From the NCBI GenBank assembly GCA_965601515.1, contig CBFCWN010000006.1:2372-66371 (forward strand): DNA of 64,000 bases, given 5' to 3'. How positions within the stretch are numbered: position 1 is the first letter of the stretch; each line of letters begins with the position of its first letter. Position numbers and translations under genes: made by a program. This stretch comes from an uncultured Myxococcales bacterium (GTDB taxonomy: Bacteria; Myxococcota_A; Polyangia; Polyangiales; Houyiibacteriaceae). The notes beneath the pieces are model-generated. The model did not search any database. It was given only the letters and a program-made list of their open reading frames with translations, and was not told where the DNA came from. Shown piece after piece: positions 37,794 through 47,325 of the stretch.

Positions 37794-37874
37794 GTGTGCA
37801 GCATGACCCGACTCGGCGGCCGCGTGAAGGCGTGATGTGACCTGCACGATCGAGCGTTTCCGATTGACGGGCCG

Positions 37875-38828
37875 GTGTTCTGTCTACACGATGACGCCAT
37901 GGTGGAACGGGGGTCGATCGTGCCTTTCGCCGGGTGGCGTCGGACACGGCTGCTGGGAGAATCTCCCCTGCGGCAGGCGGTGCGATCCATCGGCGACCGA
38001 GTCGTGCGCATTGCCGAGGAGGTCGTCGGGCAGGACCTCGACGCACGCATCGCGGGGATCAAAACTCACCCAAACGAGGTCGGCCACGATCCGTTCGGGT
38101 TCGACCCCGAAACCAGCCGCTACGCGCTCGCCGTCGCAGCGCTGCTCCACCGGCGCTACTTCCGCACGCAGGTGTATGGCATCGAGCGCGTCCCAGCGGG
38201 TCGCGTGATCATCGTTGCCAACCACTCGGGTCAGCTCCCCTTCGATGCGGTGATGATCGCCAGCGCTCTGATGCTCGATGCGGATCCCCCGAGGTTTCCG
38301 CGAAGCATGGTCGAGACCTGGACCGCCGAACTTCCCTTCATTTCGACGCTCTATCCGAGGCTCGGCCAGGTCGTTGGATCGCCGGAGAACGCCCGGCGTC
38401 TGCTTCATCAGGAAGAGTGTCTCATCGTCTTCCCAGAAGGCGCCCGCGGGATCAGCAAGACCTTCGAACAGCGCTACCAGCTCACCGACTTCGGTCTGGG
38501 GTTTTTGCGGCTGGCCCTCGAAACCAACACGCCGATCTTGCCCGTCGCGGTCATTGGCGGCGAGGAGCAGTACCCCTCGATCGGCGATTTCAAGCCGCTG
38601 GCCCGTCTCCTTCGCATGCCGGCGTTTCCGGTCATGCCCCAGATCTTTTTCGGCATGGTCGCGCCGCTCCCGACCAAGTACCGCCTTTACTTCGGAGAGC
38701 CGCTTCACTTCGACGGCGACCCGGACGACGACGACGCTCTGATGGAAAAGAAAGTGTGGCTCGTGAAGAGCACGATACAAAGCATGGTGAACCGCGGACT
38801 TCGTGAACGGAAGGGGGTGTTCCTGTGA
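37875..38828 (+). CDS. Lysophospholipid/glycerolipid acyltransferase (PlsC-like)
   Basis: ANHSGQLPFD block (His/Asp motif) and the FPEGARG block. The start is GTG 37875 or ATG 37899. Confidence 0.8.
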   Translation: MFCLHDDAMVERGSIVPFAGWRRTRLLGESPLRQAVRSIGDRVVRIAEEVVGQDLDARIAGIKTHPNEVGHDPFGFDPETSRYALAVAALLHRRYFRTQVYGIERVPAGRVIIVANHSGQLPFDAVMIASALMLDADPPRFPRSMVETWTAELPFISTLYPRLGQVVGSPENARRLLHQEECLIVFPEGARGISKTFEQRYQLTDFGLGFLRLALETNTPILPVAVIGGEEQYPSIGDFKPLARLLRMPAFPVMPQIFFGMVAPLPTKYRLYFGEPLHFDGDPDDDDALMEKKVWLVKSTIQSMVNRGLRERKGVFL

Positions 38829-40015
38829 GCTACCCCAAGCCGACCGCGCGCCGAGGCCGACAGCCGCGATCCGACCGACCGTCCGCCCGGGTTCCCGTCG
38901 CGCAGGGTGTGTTCGGGCCTTCGACCGCGCCTCCCGCCCCGAAGCCTTCCGACGACGTCGACGCCGAAGTTGCAGTTCCCGTCGAGTCCCCGCCTGCCGA
39001 AGTCACGACCGACGCGAGCAGCGTGGGCAGGGTGGTTACCCGCTCCGAGCCCGGGAGCGGAACCCGTCCGATGCCCCAGCCGGAGGGCGCGGTCCTGGTG
39101 ACGGGGATCTGTGGGCGTCTCGGAAAACTTCTCACGCGCCAGCTTCACCGGACCGACCAGGTCGTCGGCGTCGACCGCCGGCCGTTTTCCGACCGACCGA
39201 AGGACGTCGCGCACCATCAGGTCGACATGCGTCGGAAGAAGATGAAGGACATCTTCCGGACTCAGAACATTCGGGCGGTCGTCCATCTCGGCGTGCTCCA
39301 CGATCCTCGGCGAAGCGAGCGCGAACGCCACTCTTGGAACATCGTCGCCTTTCAGAAGCTGCTCGACTACATGTCGACGTACGAGGTCCCCAAGCTCGTC
39401 GTGCTGTCGGGCGCAAACGTCTACGGACCTCAGTCCAGCAACCCGCAGTTCCTCACCGAGGACGCCCCGTTGCTCGGCGCGCAGCACTTCGGCGGCATGC
39501 GAGATCTGGTCGAGCTCGACATGCTCGCCCAAAGCTTCTTCTGGAAGCACCCGAACACCGAGACGGTCGTCCTTCGGCCGTGTCACATCGTGGGGCGCGT
39601 CCACAACGCAGCCAGCAACTACCTTCGGCTCGATAGACCGTTCATGGTCATGGGCTTCGACCCGATGATGCAGGTGGTCCACGAAAAGGACGTGGTCCGA
39701 GCGATTCAGCTCGCGCTGAAGCCTGGCGTCCGCGGCATCTTCAACATTCGTGGCCCCGGCGAGATGCCCCTCTCGCATCTGGTTCGTCAGGCGGGCGGAC
39801 GCCCCCGCGTCGTGCCTGCTCCGCTCGCGCGCGTGGCGCTCGACCAGCTGTGGAAGCTCCGTTTGAGCACGTTTCCCTCGCAGGAGCTCGACCACCTCCG
39901 CTATGTCTGCATGGTCGACGACACACGGGCCCGTACCGAGTTGGGGTACGAGCCCGTGCATTCCGTGGCTCAGGGCCTCCGCGACGTTCGACGTCTACGC
40001 TACCGCCTGAGCTAG
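38825..40015 (+). CDS. NAD-dependent epimerase/dehydratase family protein with an N-terminal Pro/Ala-rich extension of about 85 aa
   Basis: VLVTGICGRLGKLL Rossmann motif. GTGA overlap with the acyltransferase stop. The extension keeps GC3-rich codons; an alternative ATG is at 39071. Confidence 0.8.
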   Translation: MSYPKPTARRGRQPRSDRPSARVPVAQGVFGPSTAPPAPKPSDDVDAEVAVPVESPPAEVTTDASSVGRVVTRSEPGSGTRPMPQPEGAVLVTGICGRLGKLLTRQLHRTDQVVGVDRRPFSDRPKDVAHHQVDMRRKKMKDIFRTQNIRAVVHLGVLHDPRRSERERHSWNIVAFQKLLDYMSTYEVPKLVVLSGANVYGPQSSNPQFLTEDAPLLGAQHFGGMRDLVELDMLAQSFFWKHPNTETVVLRPCHIVGRVHNAASNYLRLDRPFMVMGFDPMMQVVHEKDVVRAIQLALKPGVRGIFNIRGPGEMPLSHLVRQAGGRPRVVPAPLARVALDQLWKLRLSTFPSQELDHLRYVCMVDDTRARTELGYEPVHSVAQGLRDVRRLRYRLS

Positions 40016-40956
40016 CGGCACTGGCCGTCGACGCAGCTCTCTCCCTCGAGGCAGTCGCTTTGCGTACGGCAGTCGCTTTCGACCTCGCTCGACGCGTAGC
40101 AGAGGTTGTCGGGTCCGCAGACCGGAAGCTGACCATCGAACGACGCACAGATGTCGTCGGGGGCGGGAGCCGTGAAGTCGCATTCGGTTCGGCAGACCCC
40201 ATCGACACAGAGGCTACCGGTGCAGTCGTCGTCCGTCCGACAGATGGGAACGGGCGCGTTCGGGTCCGGAAGCGTCCGGGGCCTGCAGAAACCCTCGTCG
40301 TCACAGACTTCGGTTGCCTCGTTGCAGCCTTCCTCGCAGCGCCGGAGACAGACGCTCTCTACGCAATTGGTCGCGAGGTCGGGGCACTCGCTGCTGTCGA
40401 TGCACTCGCCGAGCACGGGTTGGCAAAGGTTGTCCTCGCATCGCGTTCCACTCGGACAATCCGTGTCAGGCCCGCAGAGAAGCTGGCAGCGATTGTTTGC
40501 GCAGGTGAATCCGGCCGCACACTGGAAGTCGTACTGACACGTTTCGGCGACCGGCGTGCATGCGTTGTCTACGCAAAGGTTGCCCGGGTTGCAGTCCCCG
40601 TCGGCGAGGCAGGTGCCGATTCGCTCCGGGCGGCACGTATCGCGGAAGTCGCACTCGAACCCGTTGCTGCAGTCGCGGTCGGCGACGCACGCCGAAATCG
40701 GCGAGATGTAGCAGCCCTGATCCGATGGGTCGCAGTAGCTCCCGACCGGACAGTCGCCGTCCGTGAGGCACACCCCGAAATCGAACGCGACGCATTCGTT
40801 CGTGTCGATGTCGCAGAAACTGTCGAGAGGGCAGTCGAAGTCGGTGAAGCAGGACACCTCGACTACGCGGTTGACGGGATCTTCGGACCCGTAGATGGGG
40901 CATCCGGCGAGGAGGAGCCCGATGGGCAGGAGCACAGCGATGCGTAGATTGGCCAT
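40012..40956 (-). CDS. Secreted or lipoprotein composed of about 10-11 cysteine-rich repeats
   Basis: Signal peptide with lipobox LLAGC. Repeated modules of the type C-x2-D-x-D-C-x2-G-x2-C-x3-5-C (for example CLTDGDCPVGSYCDPSDQGC, CLADGDCNPGNLCVDNAC, CRTDDDCTGSLCVDGVC). Confidence 0.75.
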   Translation of the reverse strand: MANLRIAVLLPIGLLLAGCPIYGSEDPVNRVVEVSCFTDFDCPLDSFCDIDTNECVAFDFGVCLTDGDCPVGSYCDPSDQGCYISPISACVADRDCSNGFECDFRDTCRPERIGTCLADGDCNPGNLCVDNACTPVAETCQYDFQCAAGFTCANNRCQLLCGPDTDCPSGTRCEDNLCQPVLGECIDSSECPDLATNCVESVCLRRCEEGCNEATEVCDDEGFCRPRTLPDPNAPVPICRTDDDCTGSLCVDGVCRTECDFTAPAPDDICASFDGQLPVCGPDNLCYASSEVESDCRTQSDCLEGESCVDGQCR

Positions 40957-40999
40957 GCGGTTCCGACGAGGGTTCGCACGGCTCTATTCACCCTGGTTT

Positions 41000-41476
41000 T
41001 CACCCCATGAAAGTCTCTTCGAGCGCCCGATTTCGCCGGAGCGCCTCGTAGAGGACGATCGCGACCGCGTTGCTCAGATTCAGGCTCCGAACCGCTCCGA
41101 GCGTCGGAATCGCCCAGACGTGTTCGCGGCCCTCGAGGAGCTCTGGCGCCAGTCCGACCGACTCCTTGCCGAAGACCAGGGCGTCACCCGGCGACAGAGG
41201 CGCGGCGAGATAGGAGTGCTCCGCCCCGGCAGAAAAGAAATGAATACGACCGTTTGGATGCGTTTTCTCGAAACCCTCGAACGAGTCGTGGCGACGAATG
41301 TCGACGAGGTCCCAGTAGTCGAGCCCCGCGCGACGCACGGCGTGCTCGTCGATCGAGAAGCCAAGCCGCCCCACGAGGTGGAGCGGGCTCCGGGTCGCCC
41401 CGCAGGTCCGAGCGATCGCCCCCGTGTTCGGCGGAATCTCGGGCTCCACCAAAACCACGTGGAAAGGGTCGGCCAT
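41000..41476 (-). CDS. trmL: tRNA (cytidine/uridine-2'-O-)-methyltransferase
   Basis: SPOUT fold: HVVLVEPEIPPNTGAIARTC, ALVFGKESVGL, RSLNLSNAVAIVLYEALRR. ATG at 41476 (MADPFHVV) within a much longer shadow-extended ORF. Confidence 0.85.
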   Translation of the reverse strand: MADPFHVVLVEPEIPPNTGAIARTCGATRSPLHLVGRLGFSIDEHAVRRAGLDYWDLVDIRRHDSFEGFEKTHPNGRIHFFSAGAEHSYLAAPLSPGDALVFGKESVGLAPELLEGREHVWAIPTLGAVRSLNLSNAVAIVLYEALRRNRALEETFMG

Positions 41477-41507
41477 CGGGCGCGCGCGCAGTTTCGGGCC
41501 TTGGGGC

Positions 41508-42500
41508 ATGCCGGTTCTTACGATAGAGGGTAGCTCCGTGGCAAAGAGGGCTTGGTTTTGGGTGCTGATCGCGGTCGTGGCGGCGTGGGCGGTGTGGTCG
41601 TTTCGGAGCGCGGAACCGTCGCTCGCGCTCTCGAAGTACGAGTCCGTGGTGGCCCTGAGTCCCGCCCCCGCTGGACTCGACTGGGCCGTTGCCGACTCGG
41701 TTCCCTCGATCGCCGAGGCTGCTGACGGTACGGACCCGGAGCGGCTGCGCGCGGAGATGCAGCAAGCGGGTATCGAGGGGCTCTGGGTCCAGGCTTCGCC
41801 GGGGCCGACGCCTGACGCGGACCAGCCGCTCCGCGAACGCTTTACGAGCGGCGGAATCGTTCGTGGGTTCCGAGGCGAGGTGCTGACCAGGGACGGGCTC
41901 CTGTACCTGGTGGACGAGACGGAGTGGCCTGTGCCGATGACCGACCGCGTGTTGGCGCGGGTCGCGAGGGGCATTCTCGAGGGTAGCGACCCGCCCCCGC
42001 TCGATGCGTTTCCAAAGGAGCTGCTCGAGCCTCAGCCGGTCGAGGTGCTCGTCGTGTTGGTCAGCGGCCGCGGGCCGAGGCTCTGGCGTTCGGCGAAGGC
42101 GACGTCGATTGCGGACGGCCTCGTGACGGCCGCCGTTGCCGCGCGCAAGCGATGGGAGGAGCGAACCGAAACGATGGGCGGGCCGCTTGCGGAGAGCCTC
42201 GATCAGCTCGACGTGCACGTGGCGCTCCTTTTCGACGACGGAACGTTCGACTCGAGTGCCGTCTCGTTGATCGACTCACTGGTAAAGCCGGGGCACGGCG
42301 TCGCGTACGAGCAGCCCGCCAGGTGGCGCTACCTACTTCCGCGGGCCACTCAAAACGCCGCCACGCCGAGCGACGCGTACAGGCGTCTGTTTCGCGACAA
42401 CGGACTCCCCGAAGAATCGTTCGACCGACGCGACCTCCGACTTTACCGGATGCGGATGCAGACCGTGTCGGTCGATCAGGGTTCCGCCGGCTCGAGGTGA
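41508..42500 (+). CDS. Hypothetical membrane-anchored protein
   Basis: N-terminal TM segment WFWVLIAVVAAWAVWSF and a GC3-rich frame. The start is uncertain (ATG 41508 or GTG 41538). The C-terminal segment GHGVAYEQPARWRYLLPRAT...FRDNGLP faintly resembles AMMECR1-type domains (unverified). Confidence 0.5.
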   Translation: MPVLTIEGSSVAKRAWFWVLIAVVAAWAVWSFRSAEPSLALSKYESVVALSPAPAGLDWAVADSVPSIAEAADGTDPERLRAEMQQAGIEGLWVQASPGPTPDADQPLRERFTSGGIVRGFRGEVLTRDGLLYLVDETEWPVPMTDRVLARVARGILEGSDPPPLDAFPKELLEPQPVEVLVVLVSGRGPRLWRSAKATSIADGLVTAAVAARKRWEERTETMGGPLAESLDQLDVHVALLFDDGTFDSSAVSLIDSLVKPGHGVAYEQPARWRYLLPRATQNAATPSDAYRRLFRDNGLPEESFDRRDLRLYRMRMQTVSVDQGSAGSR

Positions 42501-44611
42501 GCGGGAGCCCCCTCGGGTTCCGCCTGCAACTCTTCGTCGAGCTCGGCCTCGAACTTCTCGAGCGGCGGGTCGGGGGCGGCCGGCAACAGCACCACGAACG
42601 TCGTTCCGAAGCCTTCGCGACTTCGTACGTCGATTCGCCCTCCGGCTTCGGACACGATGCGCTGCGAAATCGCGAGCCCGAGCCCGGTGCCCTGCTGCTT
42701 GGTGGTGACGAAAGGGACGAAGAGGTTCGGAAGCAAACCGGACGGGATGCCAGGACCGGTGTCACGAACGCTGATTTGGACCCAACGCCGAGGCTCGCCG
42801 CCTGGCCGGAAGCCGTCCTGGGCTCTGGTTTCGACGTAGATCTCGCCCCCGTCGGTCATCGCCTGCACGGCGTTCTGCACCAGATTGATCAACACCTGGC
42901 GAAGGTGCTCGATGTCGATGCGGACCTTCGGAAGTTCGGGGTCCATCGTGACCTGGAGGGAGACGTTCGACGCGTCGCACTCGGGGCGTAGGAACTGAAG
43001 CGTCAGCTGCACCGCGGAGTTCACGTAGATCGGTTCCGGATCGGTGTGTCCCGGTCGCGCGTAGTCGAGGAAGGAACCGACGACGCGGTTCAAGCGGTCG
43101 ACCTCGTCGACGATGATGTCGAGAAACTCGCCGCCGCCGTCCGGCTGAGCGCCGGTTTCGGAGAGGTACTGCGCGCTTGCTTTGATGGCGCCGAGCGGGT
43201 TTCGAATCTCGTGCGCGAGACCGGCGGCCATCTCACCGAGCGCCGCGAGCCGGTCCTTCTCCTTCATTTGCTGGTAGAGCTGTGAGTTTTCGACCGCGAT
43301 GGCGACCTGCGTCGCAAGCCCGACGAGAAGCTGTACCTCTTCGCGCGAAAACGCGTCGCGTACCCGGTCATCTCGGACGGTGATGAAGCCGTAGAGGTGG
43401 TTCGATTCGCCTCGGAGGCCGACACAGACGGACGACTGAATCGCACGCATGGTGACGGCGATATCGTGAGCGGTTTCGGCTTCACGGTCGTGACCGAGAA
43501 GGCGCTGCTCTTCGAGCTCGCGTTCGACGTTTTCAATGACGGCGCTTCCCGTCTGCGAGATTCGGTCGAGGAGGGGTCGGGCGGGCGCCATCTCGATTCG
43601 CTCGGCGCCCTTCGGTCCGAAGTGGCCCCTCAGCACGAAATAGCGCGCGTCGGGGGAGAGCAGGTAGAGCGCGCCCTGTGTGAAGCGTGGGGAGTCGCCG
43701 AGTCCGTCCATCAGAGCGTCGGCAAGCTCGTCGATGTCGAGAATGTGGGCGGACGAGCGGCGAAGCGCTTGGATGGTCTGCTCGAGCTCGAACCTTTCGT
43801 GGAAGAACACCTGCGAAATCCACGCCTGAACCTGTGTTCGAATCGGGTCGAACAGGATGAGCACGACGAAGGCGGATACGACGACGTGCAGGAAGAGCTG
43901 TTCGCCCGACACGAGCCGCATGATCCAGAGCAGAAACGCGAGGAGGAACGCCAGCACCGTCAGCACACCGAGGCGTCCCGAGAGCTCGTAGAGGTCGATC
44001 AGGCGGTAGCTCGTGATCGATTGGGAGAGCGCGTAGAGGAACACGAGAACGAGGATCGTTCCCACAGGGGGGATGTCGACGCCGGCATACGGAAGGTACT
44101 CGATCAGCGTGAAGAGCCCGCCGAAGCCGCCGACGAGCGCGATGTAGCGGAGTCGAGCGCCCTCGATGCGGGAATCGGTTTCGTAGCCCCGCCGATAGAG
44201 GTAGCCGAGCGCAAGTGACAAGAAGACCGTGACGTAGAGGAGCAAGCCTCCGATGACGACAGCATGTCCGTAGTAGGGGGTGAGCATCGCGCCGAGCAGG
44301 ACCACGGCGCCGATGGTGGACGCGCGGCGAACGACGCGTGTCCGCTCGGTCTCGTGCGGCACCAGAACGCTGAAGAAGCGGACGGCCGAGAGCGGCAGGA
44401 GCACGCCGCAAATGAGGTAGAAACGCTCCCAAAACGGTACCGGGCCGACGACGCCCAGCATGAACGCGCTCACGTACCAGAGACCGGTGTTGGTGGCGAG
44501 AATCCCAAACAGCCAGCGATCGCGCTGGCGATGGGTACGAAGCAAGACGCTTGCCGCCAACGCAAAGCAGAGCAGGGCGGCGATGAACGACGTTTGCGTC
44601 CTTGCATCCAC
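42476..44611 (-). CDS. Sensor histidine kinase (multi-TM N-terminal domain, GAF-like domain, HisKA, HATPase_c)
   Basis: About 7 hydrophobic segments in the first 270 aa. H-box LAHEIRNPLGAI, N-box LINLVQNAVQAM, and G-boxes DTGPGI and GTGLGLAI. Confidence 0.9.
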   Translation of the reverse strand: MDARTQTSFIAALLCFALAASVLLRTHRQRDRWLFGILATNTGLWYVSAFMLGVVGPVPFWERFYLICGVLLPLSAVRFFSVLVPHETERTRVVRRASTIGAVVLLGAMLTPYYGHAVVIGGLLLYVTVFLSLALGYLYRRGYETDSRIEGARLRYIALVGGFGGLFTLIEYLPYAGVDIPPVGTILVLVFLYALSQSITSYRLIDLYELSGRLGVLTVLAFLLAFLLWIMRLVSGEQLFLHVVVSAFVVLILFDPIRTQVQAWISQVFFHERFELEQTIQALRRSSAHILDIDELADALMDGLGDSPRFTQGALYLLSPDARYFVLRGHFGPKGAERIEMAPARPLLDRISQTGSAVIENVERELEEQRLLGHDREAETAHDIAVTMRAIQSSVCVGLRGESNHLYGFITVRDDRVRDAFSREEVQLLVGLATQVAIAVENSQLYQQMKEKDRLAALGEMAAGLAHEIRNPLGAIKASAQYLSETGAQPDGGGEFLDIIVDEVDRLNRVVGSFLDYARPGHTDPEPIYVNSAVQLTLQFLRPECDASNVSLQVTMDPELPKVRIDIEHLRQVLINLVQNAVQAMTDGGEIYVETRAQDGFRPGGEPRRWVQISVRDTGPGIPSGLLPNLFVPFVTTKQQGTGLGLAISQRIVSEAGGRIDVRSREGFGTTFVVLLPAAPDPPLEKFEAELDEELQAEPEGAPAHLEPAEP

Positions 44612-44654
44612 GCGGGGAGCCTAACAGGTCCACTCCGGCCGGTCAGTTGCTAGA

Positions 44655-45482
44655 GTGGGGCCGATGCCGGTGCAGATTCTCGACGGCGCGATGGGGACTG
44701 AGCTGATTGCCCGCGGTGTCGCACTCGAGGGGCCCGCATGGTCGGCCCGCGCGAACCTCGAAGCCAGCGAACAGGTCGCGAGCATTCACCGCGCGTATGC
44801 CGATGCAGGGGCGACTCTCCATACGGCCAACACGTTCCGAACCCAGCCGCGAGCGTACGGTTCCGATTGGAAGACCGCGTTGCGCGCGGCCGTGCGACTG
44901 GCCCGTGGGTCCGTCCCCCACGGCCAGGCGGTTCTCGGAAGTATGGCGCCCGTCGAAGATTGCTACGAGCCTCACCGGAGCCCCGGAGAAGGATCACGCG
45001 GCGAACACCGAGAGGTTGCCCGTGCGCTCGCGGACGCGGGCTGCGACATGCTGCTCTGCGAAACGTTTGCAACGGAAGCCGAAGCGCGCGTCGCCGTCGA
45101 AGAAGCCCTGCGGACAGGGCTGCCGGTTTGGCTTTCGCTCACTGCGGGGCCATTCGGCGCCCTGCTGTCGCCGACGGAGCTTGGGACGATCGCCGCGCAG
45201 CTCGCGCCGAGTGGGATCGAGCGTCTTCTGGTGAACTGTATCTCCGCCACGCGGATCGAGCCGTATGTTCGCGCCGTCGCGACTCTCGGAGTTCCCTTTG
45301 GTGTGTACGCGAATGCCGGCCGCGAAGACGAGGGGATTGGCTGGAGCCATGCGAACGATGCGGCTGCGGCCAGCTATGCCACGCTCGCAGACGATTGGGT
45401 CGATCTCGGGGCGACGGTCGTCGGCGGGTGCTGCGGCACGGGGCCGGCCCACAGCCGCGCGCTCGCCGAGGCGTTTGCCTAG
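44655..45482 (+). CDS. Homocysteine S-methyltransferase family protein
   Basis: ILDGAMGTEL start motif and the C-terminal zinc-ligand pair VVGGCCGTGPAH. The start is GTG 44655 or ATG 44664. Confidence 0.85.
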   Translation: MGPMPVQILDGAMGTELIARGVALEGPAWSARANLEASEQVASIHRAYADAGATLHTANTFRTQPRAYGSDWKTALRAAVRLARGSVPHGQAVLGSMAPVEDCYEPHRSPGEGSRGEHREVARALADAGCDMLLCETFATEAEARVAVEEALRTGLPVWLSLTAGPFGALLSPTELGTIAAQLAPSGIERLLVNCISATRIEPYVRAVATLGVPFGVYANAGREDEGIGWSHANDAAAASYATLADDWVDLGATVVGGCCGTGPAHSRALAEAFA

Positions 45483-46912
45483 GACGCGTTTGCCGCGGCT
45501 TCGTCCGGTTCGACGAGCTCGCGGATGGTGACGAGCAGGTCGGACGGGTCGAACGGCTTACGTAGCCACCGCTCTGGATGACCGTCTGGGTCGGCGTCGT
45601 CGGGAGGCGGCGCGCCGCTCATGATCGCGGCCCTCTTCACGAGGCCTGCCTTTCGGAGCTTGCCAAGAAGGATGTCGCCGCGCTCGTCGGGTAGGGTCAG
45701 GTCGACGAGCGCTGCCGAGAAGGGACCTTTGCACGCCAGCGCATCGGCGCCGTTGGCGACGCAAGTAGACGTGACGCCGGTGAGCGCCAGCGTCGTCGAA
45801 ATCAGGCCGCGTACGCCGTCATCGTCCTCGACGACCAACACGTGCGCCTGCTTGGCCTCGTCTGGCTTCATCACGCGACTGATGCGGGCGGGCTTCGGCA
45901 CCAGCTCCGACTCTCGGTTGACGCCGGCTTCCGGAAGCTGAATCCGGAACTGCGCGCCCTTGCCAGGCGACGTGTCGAGACGGATCCTCCCGCCAAGGGA
46001 TTCGACGGTGCCGCGTACGATCGCAAGGCCAAGGCCGGTGCCCTCGGTGCGCGTCGTGAAGTACGGTTCGAACACTCGCTGTTGCTGTGATTCCGACATG
46101 CCCGGCCCGTTGTCGCGAACTTCGAGCTCCACCAAGTTGCCGCGCGGTCGAATGTCGAGAGACACCTCGCCGCCAGCGGGCACCATCTGCACCGCGTTGT
46201 GCGCGAGGTTCCAAACGATCGAGAAGAGCTGCGAACGCTTGCCCTCGACCCAGTTCGCCTCGTCGACTTCGGTGTGGACTTTGACGCGCTTGGTTTGTGC
46301 TTCGGGTCGCAGCAGGCGAACCACGTCACGCACGACGACCGAGAGGTCCGTCCTTGGACGTTCGTGATTGGTGTTCCGCACCATTCGAAGGAGGTCCTGG
46401 GTCGCATCGCGAGCAACGTGCGCACTCTTTTCGATGAGCGACAGCGCCTCTTCGGGCGGCGCTTTGTCCGGTCGTTCGAGCGCCACGTGCGCCCAGCCTG
46501 CAATCGCGCTCAGCTGGTTTGCCACCTCGTGGGACACGCCTGCTGCGAGGTCGGCCGCGGCGGCCCTCGCCTGCACGCTTTCAGCAACCGAGCTGTCGTG
46601 GGTGCTGATGAGAAGCGCGGCCTGGCCGTCTCCGTTGGGCATCGCCAGCACGCGCACGCCGGCGCGCGGGGTCATCGATCGCTCCACGCCGGAACGAGCC
46701 TCGCTCACGATCGCTTCGAGGGCCTCCCGCTCGACGGTGCCGAGCAGCGATGCAGCCGCGTCGACGAGATCGGTGGGGGCGTCACCCCCGAGCCGCTCCA
46801 GCGCTTCGACGTTCCCCCGAACCGCGCCGGCTTCTTCTTCGAGAAGCGCGAGCCGCAGTTCGTTGGCTATCCAACGGATTATTTCTAATGACACCGCAAA
46901 CGTCCGTTTCAA
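45479..46912 (-). CDS. Hybrid sensor histidine kinase / response regulator
   Basis: H-box SHEVANQLSAI, DNGPGM and GTGLGLAIV ATPase boxes, and a C-terminal receiver (HVLVVEDDDGVRGLI...DLTLPDERG...K). Confidence 0.9.
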   Translation of the reverse strand: MKRTFAVSLEIIRWIANELRLALLEEEAGAVRGNVEALERLGGDAPTDLVDAAASLLGTVEREALEAIVSEARSGVERSMTPRAGVRVLAMPNGDGQAALLISTHDSSVAESVQARAAAADLAAGVSHEVANQLSAIAGWAHVALERPDKAPPEEALSLIEKSAHVARDATQDLLRMVRNTNHERPRTDLSVVVRDVVRLLRPEAQTKRVKVHTEVDEANWVEGKRSQLFSIVWNLAHNAVQMVPAGGEVSLDIRPRGNLVELEVRDNGPGMSESQQQRVFEPYFTTRTEGTGLGLAIVRGTVESLGGRIRLDTSPGKGAQFRIQLPEAGVNRESELVPKPARISRVMKPDEAKQAHVLVVEDDDGVRGLISTTLALTGVTSTCVANGADALACKGPFSAALVDLTLPDERGDILLGKLRKAGLVKRAAIMSGAPPPDDADPDGHPERWLRKPFDPSDLLVTIRELVEPDEAAANAS

Positions 46913-47019
46913 GCAAAATGTACGTGGTTTTTGGGGGTTTCGTCAATTCAAAGGCGGGTTTTGGTGAGCAACTCCGCAGACCTCGCTCTGAAGGACGGAT
47001 CTGCTAGCTTCGGCTGCCC

Positions 47020-47325
47020 ATGGCGGACGCGAAAATCAGCCTCGAGCAGGTTCTGCACGTCGCGAAGCTGGCCAGGCTCGCGCTGGCCGACGACGAGGCC
47101 CAAGAGATGCAGGCGCAGCTCGACGCGATCCTCGAGTACATGCAGGACCTCGACGAGCTCGACGTCTCAGACGTTCCTCCGACGCTTCACTCGATTCCGA
47201 TGAATGCGCCGCTTCGACCCGACGTCCCGGTTCGCTGTACGCATCGGGCCGAGACGCTCGCACAGGCGCCGCAGAGCGAGGACGGGGGCTATGCGGTCCC
47301 GCTCGTCCTCGAGGTCGACTCGTGA
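47020..47325 (+). CDS. gatC: Asp/Glu-tRNA amidotransferase subunit C
   Basis: VLHVAKLARLALADDE...QLDAILEYMQDLDELD is typical GatC. GTGA overlap with gatA. Confidence 0.9.
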   Translation: MADAKISLEQVLHVAKLARLALADDEAQEMQAQLDAILEYMQDLDELDVSDVPPTLHSIPMNAPLRPDVPVRCTHRAETLAQAPQSEDGGYAVPLVLEVDS

